Positions 18,031-26,903 of a stretch of 64,000 nucleotides of DNA are shown one piece after another (position 1 is the first letter of the stretch; the number at the start of each line of letters is the position of its first letter). A model generated the notes under the pieces. That model saw only the letters and a program-made list of their open reading frames with translations. It was not told the origin of the DNA and did not search any database. The position numbers were made by a program, and so were the translations under genes. This stretch comes from Acidobacteriaceae bacterium (GTDB lineage: Bacteria > Acidobacteriota > Terriglobia > Terriglobales > Acidobacteriaceae): contig JBEKNJ010000007.1 in NCBI GenBank assembly GCA_049522955.1, positions 20,965 to 84,964 on the forward strand, in the 5' to 3' direction.

Positions 18031-21006
18031 CTAAGGGCGCTGCGGAGTTGCAGGCTGGTGCGCCAGCTGCCGGTAATTAAGGATCGCGTTGAATACCAAA
18101 GCGTATGTGCCGATTGTCTCACCACGATAGACGGGATTGTTGCCAAACAGGAGCACGTTCCCTTCTCCCAAGTGGGCGTCGACGACGACGGCATGTTCGG
18201 CGATCGATGTGCCCTTGTCGAGAAGGCCGGAAAGCAGCAGGGTCTTGGCGTCGGAGAAGCGCAAAATCACATCCGGCCGGTATTGCACCGGGATGACCAG
18301 TGGGTTATTGCGGGTGTCTTCCTCGTTAAGCGCCTTTGGCTCCCATGGTTGTTGCTTGACGAGAGGCTCTGCCTGGGCAATTTTTCTGCCCTGGGGCTCG
18401 TCGCTGTCGTCCACGCTGCCACGCCCGGTTGGACGCTGGGCGTAAGGGTCCATCAAAATACGGGTAGGTGCGCGCGCCAGGGTATTGCTGACATTGAATG
18501 CCATGCCGCTCGCGCTCATGACGGGAACGCCTTCCCCGTAGCCGAAGGCAACGGGATTCTCGCGGGCGACGAAGAGGGTGTTGAGCACAGAGCCAACAAC
18601 ACGTGCATCCTCGTGGGGAGCAACGCTGACCCCAAGGGCAAGGCCAGTATCGATCGCGAACTGGGCTGTATCTTCGCAGGTGATGAGCAAACCGCCCTGG
18701 TCTACAAACTTCTTCAGGTGAGCCAGACCGTCGTAACCAAGCCCCGGTCGCATATCGGGCGTGCTATCGGGCACACCCAGGTTTGGTGTCAGCTCAGATT
18801 TCTGCCAGGGTAATGCATTGTTCCACGCCGGGATGCCGTTAAGGATCTCCAGCGTGGAAGCGTGGCCTACGGGCGCAAAAATGATGACGTCGTACTCGGC
18901 GCGCAGATCTTCTTCCTTCGCCACGGTCTGCGTACTCACGTAGGCGAAGGGAACGCCTGCAGTGTCGAAGGCATAGCGCCACCAGCCTTCCGTCTGTGTG
19001 GCAAGCCAGGTATGCATGAACGCGACCCGTGGTGCGGTGACCGTGTGGGCCGGCACGCCAGGCGATGCGCTGAGGCGGGAAGCATCAAGGGACAAAGCGT
19101 GTAGAGTATCCGCAACCTTGTCATCCTCAGCTGCCGTGATGAGCAGCGAGCCGGCCGCAAAATGTTTGCCGTCGGCGTCGAATGGCTTTTCCACCACCTG
19201 GAAGTTCGCGCCCTTGAATTTGTATACCAGCGGCAGAAGCGAAACCTGACCAGTGTTGGCAACGGCAAGCACCGTGCCGCTGCCCGACACTTTGCCGGCA
19301 AGGGCGATTGGATCGCCCACCGGCGTCATGCCCGATTTGAGGATCGCCGGATCCACCACCCGGACAGTCTTTACATTGAAGAGCTGGCTGAACGACCATC
19401 CGGTGTCGTCGTACGGATGCTTCTGAGGATCGTCGGCAGCCCAAAACTGGCGATCGAGCAGCGCATCCGCAACCCTGGAATAGGGCTGATCCATGCGCAC
19501 GACGATGCTACCGGCTGGAAACGTCTCCTGGCCTGGCTTGTCTCCCCGTTTTTCCGGAGGCAGTGTGCACGTGGCTGGAGCGGAGAGGGATTGTATTTCC
19601 ACATGCTGACGCTCTAATACCTTGAGCAGCTCGATCTCGCGATTGGTGTCGGCCAGACCGGCGGGTATCACATAGGCGGCGGGTCCCTCGAGCGAGGGCT
19701 TCTGGACCGCGCGCTTGCTCTTGAGGTAGTAATTTTCCAGAAAATGATGCGTGTTGCGGGAGAAGTAGGAGAGAGTTAAAAGGAGAGCGCTTTCCTCGTA
19801 ATTGTTATTGTCCCGCTGCGACCAGGTGACGATAGGGAGCGGAGGACTTTGCCGGTACCATGTGCGCGAATACTGTTCCGGTTTGAGAATACGCTTTTCC
19901 GTGTCCGCGCCGCCATTGCCGAAGGTTTCGTAGAGCCGGCTGATACCGTTGTGCATGCCGGCCAGGAACATCAAATACCCTGGACTCCAGGTATCGAAGT
20001 CACCGTGGGTGAACACTCCCGGCATGCCCAGGCTTGCCATCTGGGAAACATTGTTCCAGCCCAACTCCGCCCATTCGTCGGCCAACGCAGGATCCACCCA
20101 CGCGTTGTATGGGCCATCCCCCACCGTATTGTCATAGAGAAACGGAACCGACTCGTGCAAATCATGCAGGACCTGTGCGTGCCAATCAAGGTAGGTATCG
20201 AGCACGTTGCGGGTAAGAGCCAGTGTCATTGCCATAGCGTCGCGGTTGTTGTCATGCGCGACATAGTGTCCCCAATAGACAGGCCACGGCCAATCCTTTC
20301 CCGGATGGGCTTTGTGCCATCGATAAAGATCGACCATGCGGTCCCGTCCGTCGACTTCGACCACCGGGGTGATCAGCACGATCATGTGCGAACGAATGAA
20401 TTTGATATACGGCGAATTGTCCACGGCCAGACGATAAGCGAGTTCCATCAATGCGGTGGGAGCGCCCGTCTCCGGAGAGTGGATTGTGCCGGTGATGTAG
20501 TAAACGGGGTACGACCGGTCCACAAGTCGGCGCGCCTGGTCGTCGTCCAGGCCAATCGTACGCGGGTCGGCTAGTTTGGCCAGGCGCGCGCCGTTCTCCT
20601 TAGCTCCCGCTAGCAGTTCGGGGTCGGCGATGGCCGCGGCGATCATCTCGCGCCCTTCCTCCGAGTGACCAATGGTGAAGACCTTGACCCGCGGACTGCT
20701 CGATTCCAGCATGCGGAAGTATTTGTACACGTCTTCCGCATAGGGGAGCATGTCCGGGGCGCCCGCTATGTCGCCCAGCACTTTCGAGGGTGTAGGGACT
20801 GCTTTGGAAGCTGGGAGGTAATCCACCAGCGACGAGCTGAAGGACGGATCGGTGGTGTATTTGTGAATCTGGTCAGTGTATTGCTTATCGACAGCTTGCG
20901 CCGGATCAGGGGCAAAGTTGCCGTTCAGTTCCTGGGAAAGCAAGAGGGGTGTTCCGCAGAGAAAGGCGGAAGCAACGAAGATCAAGGTCATTTTGCCAGG
21001 GTTCAT
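18031..21006 (-). CDS. secreted M14-family zinc metallopeptidase (carboxypeptidase-like), large form
   Basis: 991-aa ORF. Signal MNPGKMTLIFVASAFLCGTPLLLSQ. M14 Zn motif in YYITGTIHSPETGAPTALMELAYRLA (H-x-x-E). VKVFTIGHSEEGREM block. Confidence 0.85.
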   Translation of the reverse strand: MNPGKMTLIFVASAFLCGTPLLLSQELNGNFAPDPAQAVDKQYTDQIHKYTTDPSFSSSLVDYLPASKAVPTPSKVLGDIAGAPDMLPYAEDVYKYFRMLESSSPRVKVFTIGHSEEGREMIAAAIADPELLAGAKENGARLAKLADPRTIGLDDDQARRLVDRSYPVYYITGTIHSPETGAPTALMELAYRLAVDNSPYIKFIRSHMIVLITPVVEVDGRDRMVDLYRWHKAHPGKDWPWPVYWGHYVAHDNNRDAMAMTLALTRNVLDTYLDWHAQVLHDLHESVPFLYDNTVGDGPYNAWVDPALADEWAELGWNNVSQMASLGMPGVFTHGDFDTWSPGYLMFLAGMHNGISRLYETFGNGGADTEKRILKPEQYSRTWYRQSPPLPIVTWSQRDNNNYEESALLLTLSYFSRNTHHFLENYYLKSKRAVQKPSLEGPAAYVIPAGLADTNREIELLKVLERQHVEIQSLSAPATCTLPPEKRGDKPGQETFPAGSIVVRMDQPYSRVADALLDRQFWAADDPQKHPYDDTGWSFSQLFNVKTVRVVDPAILKSGMTPVGDPIALAGKVSGSGTVLAVANTGQVSLLPLVYKFKGANFQVVEKPFDADGKHFAAGSLLITAAEDDKVADTLHALSLDASRLSASPGVPAHTVTAPRVAFMHTWLATQTEGWWRYAFDTAGVPFAYVSTQTVAKEEDLRAEYDVIIFAPVGHASTLEILNGIPAWNNALPWQKSELTPNLGVPDSTPDMRPGLGYDGLAHLKKFVDQGGLLITCEDTAQFAIDTGLALGVSVAPHEDARVVGSVLNTLFVARENPVAFGYGEGVPVMSASGMAFNVSNTLARAPTRILMDPYAQRPTGRGSVDDSDEPQGRKIAQAEPLVKQQPWEPKALNEEDTRNNPLVIPVQYRPDVILRFSDAKTLLLSGLLDKGTSIAEHAVVVDAHLGEGNVLLFGNNPVYRGETIGTYALVFNAILNYRQLAHQPATPQRP

Positions 21007-21146
21007 AAGCTATTCAACTTTACCGAATTAAGGGCCATGCCTGCAGGTTAATCCGGATTTTGTCGCGGGCGACGCTAAGGTCTGAACGTGGCCGCGATCC
21101 ACGAAAGCGATCGTTGGGCTGCGCCCATCTTTTTCGTCCCACGTAT

Positions 21147-21250
21147 CCGGATTTCCTGCACGGGGCGCCACCAACATCCACGTGTGCGGCTTTCATTAAG
21201 GAAAGCCGCATAGAGTGTGCCAACGCCAGCAAGCTCCACAGGAAATCCGG
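21147..21250. mobile_element. MITE-like 104-bp element with perfect 12-bp terminal inverted repeats (ccggatttcctg / caggaaatccgg)
   Basis: TIRs at 21147-21158 and 21239-21250. Internal hairpin gcggctttc-attaa-ggaaagccgc. A second copy with identical TIRs and similar interior lies at 33354-33460. No coding capacity, no clear target-site duplication. Confidence 0.55.
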
Positions 21251-21251
21251 A

Positions 21252-21291
21252 GTACGCTGGGGCGAACGTGGGGCACCCGTCGATTCCCTCC
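21252..21291. repeat. 40-nt dispersed repeat unit (GGGGCACCC core), abutting the MITE-like element
   Basis: gtacgctggggcgaacgtggggcacccgtcgattccctcc; 37/40 identical to 4439-4478. Confidence 0.8.
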
Positions 21292-21437
21292 GATGCGGTT
21301 ATGACACACACTCCGAAGGGACGCATGAAAGTCAGACTTGTCCAAATTAGGCTCCGCGAGCCAGCGCTAAAGAGCATGATCAAAGTCGAGCTTCTTTCCC
21401 GCAAGGCTGAAGCAGGGGATCCCACCCAACCCGGAGG

Positions 21438-24386
21438 CTAGAAAGTAGCAGCTAACACCGCGGTAGCAGTCACGTCGAAGACTTTCACGAACACGGTTTG
21501 CAAAGACGTGCTGAAGTAGTAGCCATTGACCGCAGAACTCGCCAGTGCAGCTGCCGAAGCGGCGTCGCTTGCACCGGTCAGGTTGGGCACCGCCGCGTTA
21601 TTTAGCAGGACCTTGGCCGGCAACACGGCGGCGAGGAGGGCGATAAAGTAGAACGGTTCCGCAGGCGCGAACTGGTCGTAGGTCCGCGTGACACTGACCG
21701 TCCGTGTCAGGGCCGGGTTAAGAGTGGTCTGCTGGGCTATCGTTGTGAGACGGTATTTTCCCGGGACCGCGCCTTGCGCCTGGTAGCCGAGTCCGACCTT
21801 ATCATCCAGATACAGGGTGTGACTGTTGTCGGGTCCGGGGTAGATTTCAAAAGTGAGCGGGTTTTGCGGAAGCTGTCCGACATATTGCTCCAATTCACGG
21901 CGGGGCAGGATCGCGCCGGCGCGGACGTAAATGGGGACCAGATCGATGGGAACATACCATTGGATCGACTGCCCCCCAGCGTTCGGCGCGAGTAGAGGCG
22001 CTTGCGCGTCGGCATACGCATACCATTGGCTGCCGTTGGGCAGGTAAACACTGCGGTTCACACTGCCCGCGGTTGTAACCGGCGCGATGAGCAGGTTCGG
22101 GCCCACCATGAACTGGGTGTTCATTTGCGCGGGCTGATAGACATTCGGGTCAGAGCGATCGGTGAGGAAGAGCGGGCGGCAGATGGGCAATCCGTTCTGA
22201 GTACACTCGTACAGCGCGTCATAAAAGTATTGCAATAGCTTGTAGCGAATCTCGATGTACTTTCTGCACGCGGACTGGTACGGGTCAGGATACGCAAAGG
22301 GCTCCTGGAATTGCTTGTTATAGCCATCGTAATGGTTGCGAAACCAGCCAAAGAACGCACTCAGAGTAGTCCAGCGAGTGAGCAACTCGGGAGAGGTAAC
22401 GCCCCCAATCACCTGGCCGCCCTGGATCGAGCTGGAGCCCTGGGTCCCATTTGCGGGGTCGTCTGGAGAGGTGGAACTGGTGGCAAATCCGCCTACATCG
22501 GCTCCTGCCATTGGCTGGCCTGAGAGGCCGAAGTTGACCACCTCAGGAATGAGGATCGAAAGAAAATTCCAATCCGAGGCCGAGTCGCCAGTCCAGGTTG
22601 CCGCGTAACGATGTACGCCAGTGTAGCCGCCTCGAGCAATGATGAATGGCCGCTTGTCAACGTTGGCGGCTGCACGGAGCCGGAGCAGCCCGGTGTGGGT
22701 AGCACTGATCAGGTTGAGCGCGAATACGTTGTGGATCTGCGCGCTGGGCACCATTTTATTCTGCGTATAGTCGAACATCAGGACATTGAGCGGTAGCGTC
22801 TTCCATGGAGCGGAGTCGCACACGCTGGGCTGGGTGGCTGGGTCGGTCATATCCTGCCAGACCATCTCCAAACCGGCATCCAGCAGCGGCTGGTAAAGTG
22901 TGCCCCACCAGTCCCGGAAGGGCTGCTGCCCCAGGTCCGCGTAATAACCATAGGTGCCCAGGGCAGTGCCTGGCCCCGGGTTGAACGGGGCTCCCGGAGA
23001 GGGGTACGGGTTCGAGCCGAAGTTGGTCCCGTAGCTCTCGTTGGTGACAAACGGCTTGGGAAATGCCGGACCGGCCCCTTCCGCACGGTTGTCCTGCACA
23101 AAGGCGTTGATTGCCAGGCCGGATTGCAATGCCGAATAAGGAGTGGCATCTCCATTCTCATCGAGCGGCTGGATGGTGACGATGCCGGTGATGTTGGTAC
23201 TGGCTTTTACGCCCAAGGCGGCCAGGGCTGCAAAGGTGGGTGCTCCGCCGCCGGGAAACTTCATCTGACTCGCGGTAAAGGTGCGGTAGTTATCCTGGAA
23301 ATCCACATCAATATGCATCCCGTCGATGGGAATGGAAGCATTCCGATACGACTGGATCGCCCCTACAACTTTGGCCTGGTTGTAGTATCCGTAGCAGCCC
23401 TGGTGATAGCCGAGCGCCCACATCGGGGCCAGCGCCGCCGGTCCGGTAAGTGTGGAGTATTGCTGCAGCACATCCTGGGTCGTGTCTCCGGCCAGGAAGT
23501 AATAGTCCATCTCGCCGTAAAGAGCGCCGAAAAAATACTTCCCAAACATGTTCCCGTTGAAGGAGGAACTGGCGCCGAAGTTAAAGTAAGATTGCGATTC
23601 ATTATCGAAGAGAATGCCGTAGCTGTAAGGAACTCCCGTCGGCACTCCCGCAGGCGTAAGCGGGTTGGGATTATCTTCAATGAAGAAGGGGATGGAATTG
23701 TAGAGTGGCTCGGTCCAGTCCAAAGGTCCTGGGTCAAAGCTCGCAGGCACAACCGGATCGGGGCCGCCGTTTGCCCCGCTGTACTTGAAATTATCGTAGT
23801 TGAAAAAGGTAAGCGCCGCGTCATTGAGCGCCAGGTCCGAGCCGCCTTTTTCCCCCGCGCCGAAGTAATTGGCATTTGCCGGATAGGCCTTGAAGTTGGC
23901 GATCGCTTCCCCGCTCCCGCCGGATACGTAAATCAAACCCTGCGCGGTATCGGTGCTGATGAGTTGATTGTTTAGAAATACCTGAACAGTGAAAGGCTGG
24001 AAGAGTACGTCCAGGCGGATTCCGCCGAGATCGGCAGAGAGCTTGACGGCATCGTTTTGCAAAATGGTGACGTTGGCCGTGCCTAGATTCTTGTTGACCA
24101 CCCCAAAGGAGCCATCCATGCTGTAGTCGCCCTGGGTGTTGAACCGCACGCGAAACGCGGTTGGACCGAGAATGTAAATCTTCAGCGTCGGCGCCACGGC
24201 CGGCGGTGCGCCGGCGGGTTGCAGACCTCCAGAGGGTATGGTGCCGGTCAACGTGAAGACAGCATCCGCCTTGTCAAACAGGCACTGGGTTACGTTGCCA
24301 AACGGTGTCCATCCCTGGGGGCTGTTCGGATTGAATTCATCCACGCGCACATAGCGGTAAGAAGAAAACTGCGAATCGACGCTCAT
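21438..24386 (-). CDS. glycoside hydrolase family 31 protein, cytoplasmic (no signal peptide); motifs resemble the alpha-1,4-glucan lyase clade
   Basis: 982-aa ORF. GH31 blocks MWALGYHQGCYGY, IPIDGMHIDVDFQDNYRTFT, nucleophile region GLEMVWQDMTDPA (Asp512 codon at 22851-22853), FIIARGGYTGVHRYAATWTGDSASDWNFL, FRNHYDGYNKQFQEPF. N-terminus MSVDSQFSSYRYVRV lacks a signal. Confidence 0.9.
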   Translation of the reverse strand: MSVDSQFSSYRYVRVDEFNPNSPQGWTPFGNVTQCLFDKADAVFTLTGTIPSGGLQPAGAPPAVAPTLKIYILGPTAFRVRFNTQGDYSMDGSFGVVNKNLGTANVTILQNDAVKLSADLGGIRLDVLFQPFTVQVFLNNQLISTDTAQGLIYVSGGSGEAIANFKAYPANANYFGAGEKGGSDLALNDAALTFFNYDNFKYSGANGGPDPVVPASFDPGPLDWTEPLYNSIPFFIEDNPNPLTPAGVPTGVPYSYGILFDNESQSYFNFGASSSFNGNMFGKYFFGALYGEMDYYFLAGDTTQDVLQQYSTLTGPAALAPMWALGYHQGCYGYYNQAKVVGAIQSYRNASIPIDGMHIDVDFQDNYRTFTASQMKFPGGGAPTFAALAALGVKASTNITGIVTIQPLDENGDATPYSALQSGLAINAFVQDNRAEGAGPAFPKPFVTNESYGTNFGSNPYPSPGAPFNPGPGTALGTYGYYADLGQQPFRDWWGTLYQPLLDAGLEMVWQDMTDPATQPSVCDSAPWKTLPLNVLMFDYTQNKMVPSAQIHNVFALNLISATHTGLLRLRAAANVDKRPFIIARGGYTGVHRYAATWTGDSASDWNFLSILIPEVVNFGLSGQPMAGADVGGFATSSTSPDDPANGTQGSSSIQGGQVIGGVTSPELLTRWTTLSAFFGWFRNHYDGYNKQFQEPFAYPDPYQSACRKYIEIRYKLLQYFYDALYECTQNGLPICRPLFLTDRSDPNVYQPAQMNTQFMVGPNLLIAPVTTAGSVNRSVYLPNGSQWYAYADAQAPLLAPNAGGQSIQWYVPIDLVPIYVRAGAILPRRELEQYVGQLPQNPLTFEIYPGPDNSHTLYLDDKVGLGYQAQGAVPGKYRLTTIAQQTTLNPALTRTVSVTRTYDQFAPAEPFYFIALLAAVLPAKVLLNNAAVPNLTGASDAASAAALASSAVNGYYFSTSLQTVFVKVFDVTATAVLAATF

Positions 24387-24605
24387 ACCTCTCCTCTATG
24401 ATCGCTTCTGGCATGATCGTGACTTGAGGGCGGTTCTCGTTACAGCTAATCAGAGGGTTAGCGGCGAAATGCTGGACGTAGCTGCGGTCATTCGGATGCT
24501 CCTCACGAGCCGGACCTGCTGTTTCTTTCTCGGTTCTCGCGCAGACTTGAAAGGCTCCCCGGAAATGTACTCTGATTCAGTGACGGCAAAACCGCCGGTC
24601 GCTGT

Positions 24606-24791
24606 CTACACTTTGGCGGGATAGAGGTCGATAGTCATTTGTTGCCCCGGCTTCAAGTTAACCGCCTCTTGAATCTGTTCTTCGGACGCACGGAGCGCGT
24701 AGCGTAGTTGCGAGGTAGAAACCTTGAGCTCCCGAAGTTGCCAACGTGGAATTGACTCGTCTAGTCGCGTTATCTGCACTCGATCTACCAT
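24606..24791 (-). CDS. small hypothetical protein (61 aa)
   Basis: AGGAGA 7 nt upstream of ATG 24791. MVDRVQITRLDESIPRWQLRELKVSTSQLRYALRASEEQIQEAVNLKPGQQMTIDLYPAKV. Lies 110 nt downstream of the XRE gene on the same strand. Confidence 0.4.
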   Translation of the reverse strand: MVDRVQITRLDESIPRWQLRELKVSTSQLRYALRASEEQIQEAVNLKPGQQMTIDLYPAKV

Positions 24792-24901
24792 TGTCTTGTT
24801 CTCCTGCCTTGTCCAATAGTACGCGCATGTCGAAACAGACCAACGCTCGGACGACCCCCGGCTGTCTCTGAGACCCCGGGGGACTTACCTGCTTTTGCAG
24901 G

Positions 24902-25117
24902 TTATCGTTTACCGTGAGGGTCGTACTGGAAGCAGCGCTCGAGCGGAACGCCGAGCACGAGGGCAACCTTGAACGCGGTCTCAAGCGAAGGCGAGTACTT
25001 GTCCTGCTCGATTGCGATGACCGTCTGGCGTGTGACGCCGACTCGATCGGCGAGTTCCTGCTGCGTCATCTCCCGCGTGGCCCGGAGCTCTCGAATCTGA
25101 TTGCGTATGGCGGGCAT
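24902..25117 (-). CDS. XRE-family helix-turn-helix transcriptional regulator (YozG-like, 71 aa)
   Basis: MPAIRNQIRELRATREMTQQELADRVGVTRQTVIAIEQDKYSPSLETAFKVALVLGVPLERCF: canonical Cro/C1 HTH. The ATG overlaps the upstream gene's stop (ATGA). Start is Met49 of ORF 24902..25261. Confidence 0.85.
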   Translation of the reverse strand: MPAIRNQIRELRATREMTQQELADRVGVTRQTVIAIEQDKYSPSLETAFKVALVLGVPLERCFQYDPHGKR

Positions 25118-25545
25118 CAGAGGGCTTTCCGGTAAGCCGCAATCTGCGTAGCGGTCTTCGTGATATCCGCGAGCACCAACATGCCAAAGAAGACACTCAG
25201 AAAATGAAGTCCTACCATTCGACTGTCCAAGGGAAGGTGCCCAACCGCGACATGGAACCACAACATGCCCAGCCCGAGGACCATCAGTGAGACGAGCGTC
25301 AGATAGCCTGCACGATAGCCTCGCAGCTCGATCAAACGGTCCCGCTCGTCTGTTACCCGGTTGCGGGTAAAGGCGGCGATGGCCGCCTGCAGGATAATCT
25401 GCAGCACGATAATTGCGACAATCATGCCCACAACCTTGTTAAGGGAGTTCTGCCGGTGCAGGAAGAAGTAGGGGCCGTACACTAAGAGCTCCGCTGTCAG
25501 CGAAGCGTAAAGAGACTTTTCCCGGTAGGAAAGACTTGTCGCCAT
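25117..25545 (-). CDS. small 4-TM membrane protein (DUF2178-like) co-transcribed with the XRE regulator
   Basis: 142 aa, four hydrophobic helices, loop TDERDRLIELRGYRAGY. AGGAG RBS. 4-nt overlap with the XRE gene. Confidence 0.75.
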   Translation of the reverse strand: MATSLSYREKSLYASLTAELLVYGPYFFLHRQNSLNKVVGMIVAIIVLQIILQAAIAAFTRNRVTDERDRLIELRGYRAGYLTLVSLMVLGLGMLWFHVAVGHLPLDSRMVGLHFLSVFFGMLVLADITKTATQIAAYRKAL

Positions 25546-25560
25546 CGCGAATCACTCCTA

Positions 25561-25626
25561 TGTCAAAAATATTTGACACTTCAGACCATAGCGCGGTCGG
25601 CCTGCTGGTGTCAAATATTTTTAACA
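25561..25626 (-). promoter_or_regulatory. two 18-bp palindromic operator-like sites embracing a TTGACA-N18-TATGGT promoter upstream of the membrane-protein/XRE operon
   Basis: Site 1 at 25561-25578, TGTCAAAAATATTTGACA (7-bp perfect half-sites, 4-nt spacer). Site 2 at 25609-25626, TGTCAAATATTTTTAACA (1 half-site mismatch). On the minus strand site 2 contains TTGACA (25614-25609), the -10-like TATGGT is at 25590-25585, and site 1 lies just downstream of it. Confidence 0.5.
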
Positions 25627-25643
25627 TTAGATTTGGAAGCAAC

Positions 25644-26729
25644 TCATCGTTGCAAAGCGAACACCACACTGATGTCTGTTTCCACCTCAACCGGCTTGCC
25701 CTCCCGCAAGAATGGCGTGTAGCTCCACTGCCGCACCGTCTCCACCGCCGCCTGCTGCAGCATCGGTGGGCCGGTGAGCACATCGATGCTCTTGAAATGA
25801 CCGTCTGTACCGATGACGCCAGTGAGGATGACCGTACCCTGAACGCCCTGCTGTTTTGCCACCGCCGGATACACGGGGACCGCTTTCGTGATCAGATGGC
25901 CCGGAGTGGTCTCTCCTGGCACGTCTATGCGAGCGGTCACAGGCGAGGCGCCTGGCGGAACGTTTAAGTCCGAAAAGGCCGCCGGGCCTAAGCCCTCCAG
26001 CGTGTCGACGTGAAGCTTAAGCCACAGCCGCCCCCCGATGAACAACTGCATATTGTTGGCAAAGTATTGACCATGAACGATAGAAATATGTTCAAACACA
26101 GTTTGGAACATCTTGCTGGAACTGCCTGAGTAGAAAAGAACCGCATTCGCCGAAGCGAAGCAGTAGGATGCAGCATCCTGCATCGTTTGCTTCGCCTCAC
26201 GATTGATCAACGCCGTGCACTGCAACTTCTGCTTGCCGAAAGTTCGTTCGTAGTTCTGGAGCACGATCTTGTCCGGTTGCTCTGGTGGAGGAACCGGACG
26301 CATAATCATCCTTCTGATTAAGCTGAGCGGCCTACCCGGCCAGCTCTGGTCGCCGGTCCTGAAGACTCCATGATCTGTGCCATACTCTTCCGCAGAAATG
26401 GTGGGGCTGTGCAAAGCCACCCGGTATTGTTTGTTGTTTACGCGCCATTCCTCGAAAGTGCCCTTGTCAGTCGATTTCCCATCCATCCCGAAGACCTCAT
26501 AGCTCGCCTTCAGGTGCCACGGAATATCCAGCCCGTGCAGGCCATTCACCTTCTGCGCCAACTCCATTCGTTCTTTCGGATCCGTTGGAGTGTTCACCTC
26601 CACCGGGCTGGTAGTGGGCATGGCTTGGTTTGCGGAGCCGGCCGATGCTGCCGTTCCCGGCGCTGTCGCCTGCGCCTGAGCGAAGCCGAGGGAGCTTATG
26701 AACAAAATAACCAGGATCCGGCTTCGCAT
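25644..26729 (-). CDS. exported protein with C-terminal TonB (energy transducer) domain
   Basis: Start at Met33 (MRSRILVILFISSLGFAQAQ signal). C-terminus VPVYPAVAKQQGVQGTVILTGVIGTDGHFKSIDVLTGPPMLQQAAVETVRQWSYTPFLREGKPVEVE is a TonB_C fold signature. Confidence 0.8.
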   Translation of the reverse strand: MRSRILVILFISSLGFAQAQATAPGTAASAGSANQAMPTTSPVEVNTPTDPKERMELAQKVNGLHGLDIPWHLKASYEVFGMDGKSTDKGTFEEWRVNNKQYRVALHSPTISAEEYGTDHGVFRTGDQSWPGRPLSLIRRMIMRPVPPPEQPDKIVLQNYERTFGKQKLQCTALINREAKQTMQDAASYCFASANAVLFYSGSSSKMFQTVFEHISIVHGQYFANNMQLFIGGRLWLKLHVDTLEGLGPAAFSDLNVPPGASPVTARIDVPGETTPGHLITKAVPVYPAVAKQQGVQGTVILTGVIGTDGHFKSIDVLTGPPMLQQAAVETVRQWSYTPFLREGKPVEVETDISVVFALQR

Positions 26730-26903
26730 CTCGTCAAGACTAGCCGATTCCGCGGTTCGTTTCGCAGCAACTTTTGTGGGAGGCGAGTACGGCGACAGAT
26801 ACGTATTACCAATGGGATACCCCACGCCCCGTTGCAGGGAAAGAGAATGCGTAGCGAGCAGATCAGTTTGCTGGAAGGGTGCTAGATCGAAGCAACCGGT
26901 GAG

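Noticed and set aside
21208-21222. Sigma-54-like TGGCAC-N5-ATGC on the minus strand upstream of the M14 peptidase gene
   Set aside because: The -12 element deviates from TTGC. The site lies inside the MITE-like repeat about 200 nt from the start codon, and there is no enhancer-binding-protein gene nearby. It is most likely a chance match.
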